Part shown: one piece after another, positions 14,173-25,335 of the stretch
Layout: every line of letters starts with the position of its first letter
Position numbering within the stretch: position 1 is the first letter of the stretch
DNA from: Octopus vulgaris
Taxonomy: Eukaryota
Reading direction: 5' to 3'
DNA length: 64,000 nucleotides
NCBI GenBank assembly: GCA_951406725.2
Contig: OX597818.1
Span: 102,424,001-102,488,000 of the forward strand
Translations under genes and position numbers: made by a program
Notes under the pieces: model-generated
Seen by the model: the letters and a program-made list of their open reading frames with translations, nothing else
The model's database searches: none
What the model was told of the DNA's origin: nothing

Positions 14173-15747
14173 TAAGTCTGGAAAGACATCGTCAACCTCG
14201 GTCGTCGTACAAATAAAACAACTAGTACAACATAATTTGAATGTCTTCTGAGAAAGTATTAAATATTTCATGGTTATATGCGGGATAATAGAGAATGTTG
14301 AGCAAATTTCCTGTCGAATTAAGTCTAAGCTTCTATTTGTTTACTATTTCTTTAGAACCATCCTCATCTCTAAACAAATATTTTGTTCACGATTGACAAC
14401 AAGTGAGTTATCTATGGAATTTTAGTGGTTGTTATAACTATTAATAATTTGTATTTTTCATATATTTTTCCGTATCAATTTTTAAAATAATCTGTCATTT
14501 TTCTAATATTATTTTCTTTGATGATTCCTTTTCAAATCCCAATTAATTTTGAATCAAATAACGAAGAATATATCATTTAAGAGATAATTGAAAAATAATA
14601 AATAAATGCTCTATAGAATTACTCACACGCACTTCACTATGTGTATTATATTTAACGTATATTTATTAAACTGGCTTGTAGATCATAGTGTGCCATCATT
14701 AGTAGCATATCACTTGAACTTGCTTAATATTTACGAACACTAAAGTAGTGAGGGAGAGTAGTTAATTATCACTTAAAGATTTACGTTCATGTCAATGAGT
14801 ACTGTACAAAACGTTACACATCAACTCTATTCACGGAAATTACCTGGAAAATGCACAACGTGCATCTCAGGAGAGAGACATGTATTGATTTCAAAGAAGT
14901 ACAAAAGTCCTGTCTGTTTCAAAGTAGGATGCTCTGACTTCAGTGCCCTTGTGATAATGATCCAGAAACATCGAATGCCCTGTGAGTGTCCCCTAATGGG
15001 AAAGTGTCTAGGCCCATAATCACAGCCATCGTTATCTCCTTTTGTTTGGGGAACAATCAAAAGTTACAGGTAACAAAATCTTCACTGTTTCGGGCAAACA
15101 ACAGTTTTAGCGCTCATCTCTGTCAAGTCGTTGATGACCAGAATAGAATTGTGGACGGTTTCATTATCAGGATGCAGCTTGTCTAGGCTTTTGCGAGGAA
15201 ATATCTTCACAAACTCCCCTAAAAGCTCAACAACATACTCAGTAGGTGTAACTGATGCAGTTGCTATCTAAAAATGTGATTATCAAGAGCTTACAGATGT
15301 GTTTCCTTTGCCTCACCTCGGACGTGTAGCGGTAGCTAAATAGTTGAGTGATCCCCCTTGCAAGAAAGATTACAGAATAACCTCCCTTTCTAAGTTTCTC
15401 AAAGTATCTGTATCATGGGACGTGATTCTTAATTATTCAAGACGCTTAGCGTTTCTCTTGGAATTTTCTAGAATGTCTAGCGTTCCGTTAATAAAACAGC
15501 TTGTTAACACTGCACTTCGCTTCTTAGTCAATTATAATTAGAGCCATTCAAGTCTTTGCAATGTGCTTCTTTTACTGAAAACCACCACTTAGCTGTTTTT
15601 CTACATTTTCTATCTCTGATCTTTCTTCCATAGATTACTTAATTCAACTAGATTCTACATTTTGATTATGTACCATCATCGACCAGTAAATTAATATATT
15701 TTCATGTAGTAAATATCTAGTTCTTAAATATATTCTTCATCTCTTAT

Positions 15748-15975
15748 TTATTTACTGCCCACAAGGGGCTACACACAGGGCGCAAACAAGGACAGACAAA
15801 CGCATTAAGTCGATTATATCGACCCCAGTGCGTAACTGGTACTTATTTAATCGACCCCGAAAGGATGAAAGGCAAAGTCGACCTCGGTGGAATTTGACCT
15901 CAGAACTTAGCGGCAGACAAGATACCGCTAAGCATTTCGCCTGGCGTGCTAATGTTTCTGCCAGCTCTTCACCCT
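15748..15975 (-). mobile_element. tRNA-derived SINE with Deu/Nin-like domain
   Basis: ATCGACCCCGAAAGGATGAAAGGCAAAGTCGACCTCGGTGGAATTTGACCTCAGAAC; colinear with 6810-7033. Confidence 0.85.
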
Positions 15976-16477
15976 TCTTCATCACTATATGGTCTCTTAA
16001 TATACACGCAGCCACATCAACACCAGGTAATGACTATATATAGCCACTACAGACTTATTGAAATGATTCCATGATCAGTGTGAAGTATTTCGTATATTTC
16101 TTTAGGGACTATGACCAACTTGATGCACACCGAGCATCTAAATTTTCTTCACGTCGCGACTGCATTTTACAAACTAGTCAACGTTGGTAAGCACTGTTTT
16201 TCAGGGTGTCTTCAAAGCGCCGTTACATTTGTCTCTTTCAATTTGGAGTAGATCATTAAACATGACAGGTCAGCTTATTAGATGTAGAGTAATGATATAC
16301 TAAAATTAAAATAATTTTTGAGTGTTAGAACTGTCACTTGTACAAAGAAGTCTCGAAAGCAACTTATTTGTTAACTGCTTCAGTTTCTGAGATATCTTAG
16401 ATGAGATATATAAGATATATAATTATTATTATTATAAGATATATAATTATCATAATAATTATGATTAATTATTATTA

Positions 16478-16610
16478 TAGAGCAGTGCGTGCCATGAAAG
16501 TGACACTGGTGTAAAATATACAAAGTTCTAAATACCCATTATGACTACCCCTCTGATAAAGTTACACCAGACATCACAACCACATATGCGAGACATGATC
16601 TCATATAAAG
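16478..16610 (-). mobile_element. 5'-truncated copy of the ~545-bp (TAA)n-associated element
   Basis: GAGCAGTGCGTGCCATGAAAGTGACACTGG...CTGATAAAGTTACACCAG matches the left end of the copies at 22795-25149. Confidence 0.85.
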
Positions 16611-16611
16611 G

Positions 16612-16656
16612 TATTGTTGTTGTTGTTGTTGTTAGTATTATTATTATTATTATTAT

Positions 16657-16724
<68 letters not shown>

Positions 16725-16727
16725 AGG

Positions 16728-16780
<53 letters not shown>

Positions 16781-16805
16781 CATCATCATCATCATCATCA
16801 TTATT
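16612..16805. repeat. Compound microsatellite (TTG)n(TTA)n(TAG)n(TTA)n(TCA)n
   Basis: Directly visible in the sequence. Confidence 0.97.
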
Positions 16806-19800
16806 AATATATGTTTGATTTTGGCTTTGCATTTGTAAGTTAACTCCAAGTCTCATCCAGAGACCTCAAGAGACAAGTCAGAACTTGGTGTTAAGCCTAG
16901 GGTATCGTTTATTAGTATTGTTCCAGAGAACGTGTAAGAAAATGTGAGTTGACATAGACAGTGTTTTACGTAGGATATTTTGGAGTTTCGTGGCATCAAC
17001 GCTAGATAAGAATCAGCCCCTTTTACTCTCATTCCTAGGAAACACATGACAATACGTATTGTTTTAGTCTTGAGGTTCTACATTTTGCCAATTTCTATTT
17101 CAAAATATACCTGCTGAGTTTTTGGTAGGTGATGACAGATATATTTACGTCGATTGGGACAGACGTATCAATGAGGAGGCATGATTTTTGTCTGAAGCCC
17201 TTCAATATAATCCCAGGCCTATTCGCTTTTATCTTTCTGTCAGTTTTAACGGTGAGATGTTATCAGTTTCAAACAGTAGAGATGGTTTGTGTTCCCATAG
17301 GTCTTTATAACGTAGCATATCCAGGTTTTAGCAAATTACCCAGCAAATATACACTGCTGCTCTATCATGGCTATTGAGATACTGTGTAGACGCAAGAAAA
17401 CTGCACATGGAGACAACATGATCAATGGTTTCATTTTGTTGTTTACATACATGACATGTTGGATTACTGCCGCTCCTTAATATGTTCGCTTGGTAGTTCC
17501 TGGTAGGTTGGCACTGATCTTGGGCTGCTATGGTACACCCTCCTGTCTCTGAGTTTAAACCAAATGCACTAACCATTGATAGGTAAGGGCTTTGTCAACA
17601 TCGACATTTTTGGCCCTTTGTAGGTATTTGCCATAAAGGTTTTTTCTTGCCATTTATCAGTAAGAATATCTAAGGCAATACTTTTAGCACAGGTTTGCAT
17701 ACGCTTAGCTTTTTCTGTGCTGTTTTCCAGTATGTCTAGTTGTTGGATTTGTGGTATCTGGAATTCAATTGGGTATCCCTTCCGGCGTTTTGTTACTGAG
17801 TATGATGCGTTCTTGTTTTCATGCTTTAAGACAAGTTTTTACATCCAGTAATCAGAGTTTTTCAGATAGTTGTTTAGGCCAATTTTCGCAATCGTCATTA
17901 TTATTTGAATTTGTAAATGTCTACGGCCACCCTCTTTTTTTGGAAGGTAAAATCATTCTATATCTACCTTAGAGTGGGGCATTCTATTCATTGTCAACAA
18001 TTTTCGTATTTCCCTGTCAACATTACATATTTCAGTAATGGACCAGTTAATGATATTGAAATTATAGGTCACGACCAGTATGGCAAAGTTATTGATAGGT
18101 TCGCTCTTGTTTCTTGCATCTAGCCCTGCGATAACATTCTCTTCTGAACCTTTCCCTCATCCTTGAATGTTTGATCCCATTACATTCAAATACCCCTATG
18201 TGTCTGTAGTTTTCCGCGGGTTCTAAATCATTCTGCTGGTCAAGATTAATCTTGGATGCTTCTGACATTTTCCTTTGATAAAGGTAGTTTTTGCACATTT
18301 ATCGAGGCCAGATTGCAGTCTTATGTCATCACATGTTTAACAATTGCTAGTAAACGTTGTAGTTCTTCGTCGTATTTTGCAAAGAGCTTTAAATTATCCA
18401 TCTAAAAGAGATACTTTAAATTTTTATCATATATTTTACAGCGATATTGTATATCATTGAGCAATTTCGAGTGAGCTATTAAGACTAAACAAAAGAGTAG
18501 TTGTGATAGAAAGTCACCCTGGAAAATGCCACATGGAATTCTTACATCTACAGCATTGTCACTGTTCTAAGTCGGTGTGGTTCTCCTTGGTTTCATACTG
18601 ACAGACAAGAAGTTCCGGAAAGTAGGTGGTATTTTATACATTTCCAGACATTTCCAGCTATGTGATCGACTATCAAATGCTTTTTGTATAGTGTACCAAG
18701 TCTATTGATAAGTTGTGTCGTTTGTGACAATCTTCCAAATTCATTTTATTGATGAGTAGCTGATCTTTACAACCATAGGACCCACATTTATATCATATTT
18801 GCTCATTAAAAAAGCTATAGTTGTATTCATTCAAGACAGTTGCTTAATTTGTTTCTTCATTTTTGGAAAGTAGGAATATTAGTCCATTAGCTAGTCAAGA
18901 GGGAATCATACTAGTTTGTTGCAAAACATTGTTGTACAGTTTTGTTAGCAGTTCATGACTCTCTTGGAATGCATTCAACCAGAAGTCAAGAATTTTATCC
19001 TTTCCTGAAGACCTCCATTTGCTTCACTTCCTGAGAGCAGATCTTACATCCTCTACCTTGATACCCTCCCACATTGGTTTTTCTAAGTAGTCTAAGTCAG
19101 TAGATATTCTATCAATCGAAGGGAACGTTTTTGTGTGTCTTTTCCTCCGTCCAAATTTTATTCCAAAATTCCTTCACTTCTACTTTTGAAGGGACAGACT
19201 TTACTCTAACTGACATTTTCCTTGTCTGCCTGTAAAAGGTTTTTGAAGAATCTAAAGCGTTTTTTCATATATTGCTATGCGGGCAACTTTAGCACACCTT
19301 TTGCTTGATAGGTTCTATGCTGGTTTCGATGTGAAGTATGGTTTTCATATTATATTTTTTCTTTAATTTGCGGATTTTTGTTAGTTTAATCGTCTTGTCA
19401 AACTTAAGGTTTTTAGACCCTCTATGCCAGACCTAAGTAGCTGAATTTTGTTGAATACGCTCTCACCAAGTAGGGTTTTCGTGCAAATGTTGTTTTCTAA
19501 TCTTTTCACCACATAGAACCGTTTACATATTCGCGGATGCCTAATATAGGTGGTTGAGATCAGTAATATCGACATCATTAGCTGAAATAACATCCATAAA
19601 TGCATGGTGGATTTCAGAAATTACTTTCAGATTTTGGTTTGAGTTTCGAATATTTGGGAGCGTGTCACGTTCGTTCATACTGGTTTCTTTACTTTTCAGT
19701 CATTCAATCATAATTTGAAGTTTTAGATGATCTAGTTCAGTTGCATGAATTTCTGTGTAACTTTCTACATCTATCTGATTTTCATCTGCCTTGGTGCTTA

Positions 19801-20400
19801 TGGTTGGTAATTTGTTTGTCATAATGTTCCTTCTGACGTTGGTAAGTTTGTTACTTTTTATGTAGGGTCTTCAAGGTGCTTCTGACTTAAGTTTAGGTAG
19901 GTTTGCTCAGTATTAGATATATCATGTATGAGAGAAAGCCTTAAGAACATATTTCTTATCTTCCCTAGATAATTTTTAATTATTTTTCTTTTGGTTATTT
20001 GATGACGAGCATATACAGTCATCTGTTGGAATATTCCGTTTGTGGGGTACTTCCAGCTCCAGTGCTTCGGGAAGATTTGAACCAGTAGTTGCGTTTTCGT
20101 ATCCAGGGTGGTCTCTCAATGGTGTACAGGACCCTTGTTTATCGCGTGACGGCTGATCTGCTTTGTATTTTACTTTATTATCATCGAGACGTTAGGAAAC
20201 GGATCTATCTGCTTAGGGTTAAGCTTTTGCGACAACACCGCCACCGACTCCTCTGAAAGAAAACATTGTTCGCAACGCAGCTTCATAAGGCTTCGTATTC
20301 GTCTGTATTCGTCTGTATTTAGCTTCGGGCAATTTTTATGGGGGTTTGTAATCTTATGATTGTTTACTCTGTCTTTGTTGGTTCGAAAGATAGAAAAAAT
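16806..20400 (-). mobile_element. Degenerate, near full-length R4/Dong-like non-LTR retrotransposon
   Basis: Minus-strand remnants: KAFD, GIFQGD, a (Y)MDDLKL-like RT motif, AAQDQCQPTRNYQ and the CCHC knuckle CHVCKQQNETIDHVVSMC..HD; many stops and frameshifts; the 3' UTR ends in a (TAA)-type microsatellite. 5' boundary is approximate. Confidence 0.85.
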
Positions 20401-21145
20401 AAAAATTTATTTAGTTATTTTTTCACTTCGGTTGAGACATGTACTTTAATTTGCGTATATGTGTGTCATGTAAATTCCACGTAGTTGTGTAAACATTGGG
20501 ACGGGGTTATTTCTAATTGTATTATTGTCATTATTTCAGGCATAATTTATCTTGTACTTCATAATCCCCACATGTATTTCTCTTTTGTATTTACAGTCAA
20601 CGATTCTCGTCAACGCACAAGGCAGTCATTATGCTCCCCACCAAAAAACATCACCACGTGGACTCTGTTGAAAGTTGTAAGAAACAATTATGAACTTTTT
20701 TATTACACTTAACTTTTTAAAATATTTTTGATAAGCTTCGTTTTTTCAAGAATAACCAAAACATGGAAGAATCTCTAAGAAAATTTTTTTAAAATATTTT
20801 TTATAAAAATATACCCACTCGTATGCCACCTACACTTTTTATTTTAAAATATATATATATATATATATATAATTTCAACAATTGAGGGTAAAATTAATTA
20901 ATTAATCAATTTCACCAAGTATTCAGTATGCAAAGGGACCATTTAAGGCGAATTCAAATTATTACATTATATAAAAGGGCTTAGTAAAATAAATTACTTT
21001 GCCGCATACTGAACTCATTAGAAATAGCAGCTAAAAAAACTTTTTTTAAACTATTTCCAATACTTAAAGAAAATCTCTCTCATATAGTGTTTGCTCAATT
21101 CAACTCACGAAAGTATGGGGTAGAGACATTAAAAAATCAAATGCA

Positions 21146-21215
21146 AAGGTTATTTGAGAACGTACGTTTCAAGATCAGTCAAACTCGACACTTCTATCAT
21201 CAGCTCAGAACTCCC
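21146..21215 (-). ncRNA. Type I hammerhead ribozyme (left arm)
   Basis: Minus strand: TGAG-CTGATGA-TAGAAGTGTCGAGTTTGACTGATCTT-GAAAC-GTAC-GTT^CTCA; intact core, stem I TGAG/CTCA, stem III AC/GT with palindromic GTAC loop. Confidence 0.75.
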
Positions 21216-21950
21216 TGGTTTGGATTTGAAAACACTGAAAGTGGGAGCATACCCTTTCGGCTTCCTATCGCTTCTGAAGACCTGCTCGAAACTAACAGTG
21301 CTAGCAAATTCAAATATGCAAGCGAAGAACTTCTGCTCTCCCCTTTCCACCAGCGTGGGTTAAAATCAGTAAACACTATACTTTTTTCGGTAAAATCCGA
21401 GGCATTAAATAGAGAGAGATGAATTATAATTTCAACAATTGAGGGTAAAATTAATTAATTAATCAATTTCACCAAGTATTCAGTATGCAAAGGGACCATT
21501 TAAGGCGAATTCAAATTATTACATTATATAAAAGTATTTCTTTAAGTATTGGAAATAGTTTTAAAAAAGTTTTTTTAGCTGCTATTTCTAATGAGTTCAG
21601 TATGCGGCAAAGTAATTTATTTTACTAAGCCCTTTTATATAATGTAATAATTTGAATTCGCCTTAAATGGTCCCTTTGCATACTGAATACTTGGTGAAAT
21701 TGATTAATTAATTAATTTTACCCTCAATTGTTGAAATTATAATTCATCTCTCTCTATTTAATGCCTCGGATTTTACCGAAAAAAGTATAGTGTTTACTGA
21801 TTTTAACCCACGCTGGTGGAAAGGGGAGAGCAGAAATTCTTCGCTTGCATATTTGAGTTTGTTGGCACTGTTAGTTACGAGCAGATCTTCGAAAGCGATG
21901 AGAAGCCGAAAGGGTATGCTCTCACTTTCAGTGTTTTCAAATCCAAACCA

Positions 21951-22020
21951 GGGAGTTCTGAGCTGATGATAGAAGTGTCGAGTTTGACTAATCTTGAAAC
22001 GTACGTTCTCAAATAACCTT
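21951..22020 (+). ncRNA. Type I hammerhead ribozyme (right arm)
   Basis: CTGATGA at 21963-21969, stem II AGA..GTC/GAC..TCT, GAAAC at 21996-22000, predicted GUU cleavage after 22007, stem I TGAG/CTCA. Atypical U10.1-U11.1 closure. Confidence 0.75.
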
Positions 22021-22192
22021 TGCATTTGATTTTTTAATGTCTCTACCCCCATACTTTCGTGAGTTGAATTGAGCAAACACTATATGAGAGAGATTTTCTT
22101 TAAGTATTGGAAATAGTTTTAAAAAGTTTTTTTAGCTGCTATTTCTAATGAGTTCAGTATGCGGCAAAGTAATTTATTTTACTAAGCCCTTT

Positions 22193-22225
<33 letters not shown>

Positions 22226-22396
22226 CATTCATCTTACTAAGCGTAAATGCCTCACGCTTTGAAGTCATACTAATTAAATAAATATACACGGCACCGAAAG
22301 CGTAGGAATGCAACTTGGAAGCTAACGTTTAGAAAAAGATTTAGTCGCAAATCATTAATGAGACGTGGTTGACGTAACACACTTTCGAATCATCAG

Positions 22397-22452
22397 ATCT
22401 TTGTATTTTGAAAGTTTCTCCGTTTCTTTAGACAAATATTGCCACCTGTAGT
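22397..22452 (-). pseudogene. Tiny restriction-like-endonuclease fragment of an R4/Dong LINE
   Basis: Encodes LSKETEKLSKYKDL, matching SLKEMEKLSKCKDL in the 44-47 kb LINE. Confidence 0.6.
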
Positions 22453-22478
22453 AGTTGTTGTTGTTGTTATTCTCATCA

Positions 22479-22545
<67 letters not shown>

Positions 22546-22547
<2 letters not shown>

Positions 22548-22728
22548 GTCTCACTTTTGACTTGCACTTGTACAAGTTGACTCTAAGTCTCACCCAGAGA
22601 CCTCCATAGACAACAAGATTGACGTTCATGTTGGTGCTATGCCTAGGGTATCACATATTTGGTTTTGGGCATAGTATTGTTCTAGAGAATGTTAAAGAAA
22701 ACATAAGAAAATTGAGTTAGTTTTAAGG

Positions 22729-22730
<2 letters not shown>
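22546..22730 (-). mobile_element. 3'-UTR-only fragment of an R4/Dong-like LINE
   Basis: AAGTCTCACCCAGAGACCTC...GCCTAGGGTATC...TAGTATTGTTCTAGAGAA matches 16845-16930 and 25151-25335. Confidence 0.75.
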
Positions 22731-22794
<64 letters not shown>

Positions 22795-23343
22795 GAGTGA
22801 GAGAGCAGTGCATGCCATCAAAGTGACACTGGGGTAAAAATATACGAAGCCCAATATACCCATCATGACTACACGTCTAATAAGGGTACACTAGGCACAT
22901 GCATTACAACCATATGTGCGCGACATAGTGATCTCATATCAATATAAACAGCACATGATCTTGCAGGTGGGGCCCAGTTAGAATTTTCTTCTGGTCGAGT
23001 AACCCATCCTGCTCAAAAGGTCCCTGAATAAGGGTTGTTTAAGGATGTTGAACGAAACACCCATATTTCCAGAGGTGAATTATTCAAAGCCCAAACAATC
23101 CCTCTCAACATATGGCTATGATGCTCCCCCACTACTTCTGCTCGTGATCAGAGATGCACATACCATCAGCCACTAAGGGACATGCTCAACTGGTTAAGGT
23201 CAAACAACTGACAAGCAAATCTGTGGTATTGAGCAGAATATTTGCTGTAGCCCATCTTTTATACCAAGACAAAACAATATACATGATAACACTTCCAATC
23301 AGTTAAGATTAGAAGCCATGAGAGCCACTGCCTGGTACTGCAT
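22795..23343 (-). mobile_element. ~545-bp non-coding (TAA)n-targeting element, copy 1
   Basis: GAGTGAGAGAGCAGTGCATGCCATCAAAGTGACACTGGGG...GAGCCACTGCCTGGTACTGCA, flanked by (TTA)n. Confidence 0.9.
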
Positions 23344-23365
23344 ATTATTATTATTATTATTATTA

Positions 23366-23430
<65 letters not shown>

Positions 23431-23445
23431 ATTATTATTATTATT

Positions 23446-23985
23446 GAGTGAGAGAGAAGTGCATGCCATTAAGTGACAGTAGGGTAAAATATACGAAGCC
23501 CAGTATACCAATCATGACTACTCGTCTGATAAGGGTACACCGGGCACATGCATCACAACCATATGTGCGCGACATGGTGATCTTATATCAAGATAAACAG
23601 CACATGACCTTGCTGGTGGGGCCCAGTTAGAATTTTTTTCAGGTCGAGTAGCCCATCCTGCTCAAAAAGTCCCTGAATAAGGATTGTTTAACGATGTTGA
23701 ACGAGTCGCCCATGTTTCCAAAGGTGAATTATCCAAACCTCCAAGAATTCCTTTCAACACACGGCTATGATGCTCCCCCACCACTTCTGCTCATGATCAG
23801 AGATGCACATATCGTCAGCCACTAAGAGACATGGTCAAAACAACTGACAAGCAAATCTGTGATATTGAGCAGAATATTTGCTCTAGCCCATCTTTTATAC
23901 CAAGACAAAACAATGTACATGATGACACTTCCAATCAGTCAAGATCACAAGCCATGAGAGCCACTGCCTGGAACTGCATCAGGGC

Positions 23986-23987
<2 letters not shown>
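23446..23987 (-). mobile_element. ~545-bp element, copy 2
   Basis: Colinear with copy 1; ends ...GCATCAGGGCATT followed by (TTA)n. Confidence 0.9.
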
Positions 23988-24062
<75 letters not shown>

Positions 24063-24072
24063 TCTTTTATTA

Positions 24073-24137
<65 letters not shown>

Positions 24138-24639
24138 GAGTGAGTGAGAGTGCAGTGCATGCGATCAAAGTGACACTGGGGTAAAATATACAAAGCCCAG
24201 TATACCCATCATGACTACCCATCTGATAAGGGTACACCAGGCACATGCATCACAACCATATGTGCGCGACATGGTGATCTCATATCAAGATAAACAGCAC
24301 ATGACCTTGCAAGTGGAGCCCAGTTAAAATTTTCTTTTGGTCGAGTAACCGATCCCGCTCAAACGGTCCCTGAATAAGGGTTGCTTTAGGATGTTGAACG
24401 AAACACCCATGTTTCCAGAGGTGAATTCTGCTTGTGATCAGAGATGCACATATCGTCAGTCACTAAGGGACATGCTCAACTGGTTATGGTCAAACAACTG
24501 ACAAGCAAATCTGTGGTATTGAGCAGAATATTTGCTGTAGCCCATCTTTTATACCCAGACAAAACAATGTACATGAAAACACTTCCAATCAGTTAAGATC
24601 AGAAGCCATGAGAGCCACTGCCTGGTACTGCATCAGGGC

Positions 24640-24641
<2 letters not shown>
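24138..24641 (-). mobile_element. ~545-bp element, copy 3 (internal deletion near 24427)
   Basis: Colinear with copies 1-2 but lacks the ~60-bp CAACATATGGCTATGATGCTCC segment. Confidence 0.9.
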
Positions 24642-24696
<55 letters not shown>

Positions 24697-25149
24697 GTGA
24701 GAGCAGTGCATGCCATCAAAGTGACACTGGGGTAAAATATACGAAGCCCAATATATCCAGCATGACTACCCGTCTGATAAGGGTACACTAGGCAGATATA
24801 TGATAACCATATGTGCGTTACATGATGATCTCATATCTAGATAAACTGCACATGTCCTTGTAGGTGGGGCCCAGTTAGAATTTTCTTCTGGTCGTGTGAC
24901 CCATCCCGCTCAAAAGGTCGCTGAATAAGTGTTGTTTAAGGATGTTGAACAAAACACCCATGTTTCCAGTGGTGAATTATTCAAACTCCAAAGAATCCCT
25001 CTCAACATATGGCTATGATGCTCCTCCACTACTTCTTTTCATGATCAGAGATGCACATACCTTCAGCCACTAAGGGGCATGCTCAACTGGTTAAGGTCAA
25101 ACAACTGACGAGCAAATCTGTGGTATTGAGCACAATATTTGCTGTAGCC
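24697..25149 (-). mobile_element. ~545-bp element, copy 4 (5'-truncated)
   Basis: Colinear up to GCTGTAGCC, then joins the LINE 3'-UTR fragment. Confidence 0.88.
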
Positions 25150-25150
25150 T

Positions 25151-25335
25151 ATCTTGACTTTTGCTTTGTACGTGTACAAGTTGGCTCCAAGTCTTACCGT
25201 GAGACCTCAAGAGACAACAAGTTAGATGGTCATGTTTGTGTTATGCCTAGGGTATCAAATATTTGGTTTTGCGCATAGTATTGTTCTAGATAATGTTTAA
25301 GAAAGCATAAGAAAATTATGAGTTTGTTTTAAAAT
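25151..25335 (-). mobile_element. 3'-UTR-only fragment of an R4/Dong-like LINE
   Basis: Colinear with 22546-22730. Confidence 0.75.

Larger units (their letters stand above)
20868..22200. mobile_element. Retrozyme-like element: two inverted arms, each ~1.2 copies of a 557/558-bp non-coding unit, inserted in (TA)n
   Basis: Left arm 20868-21534: AATTTCAACAATTGAGGG at 20871 and 21428 (period 557). Right arm 21537-22200 is the reverse complement in a different permutation (TTTAAGTATTGG at 21541 and 22099, period 558). One hammerhead per unit. Confidence 0.8.

Noticed and set aside
21268-21306. Second, opposite-polarity hammerhead-like string CTGAAGA-CCTGCTC-GAAAC-TAACA-GTG (would make the unit ambisense like a viroid)
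   Set aside because: Cleavage triplet would be GUG, stems I and II do not pair, and the other arm breaks the core (TCGAAGA, GTAAC). Worth rechecking only on a family consensus.
21087-21422. 111-aa ORF (and its 110-aa mirror at 21744-22076) in the retrozyme-like unit
   Set aside because: Antisense to the hammerhead strand, no recognisable domain, the N-termini differ by a frameshift, and most arm differences change amino acids, so there is no sign of coding selection.
22795-25149. Regular repeat-spacer pattern as a CRISPR array or satellite
   Set aside because: Eukaryotic context; the long units are the conserved part and the spacers are microsatellites; dispersed truncated copies exist.
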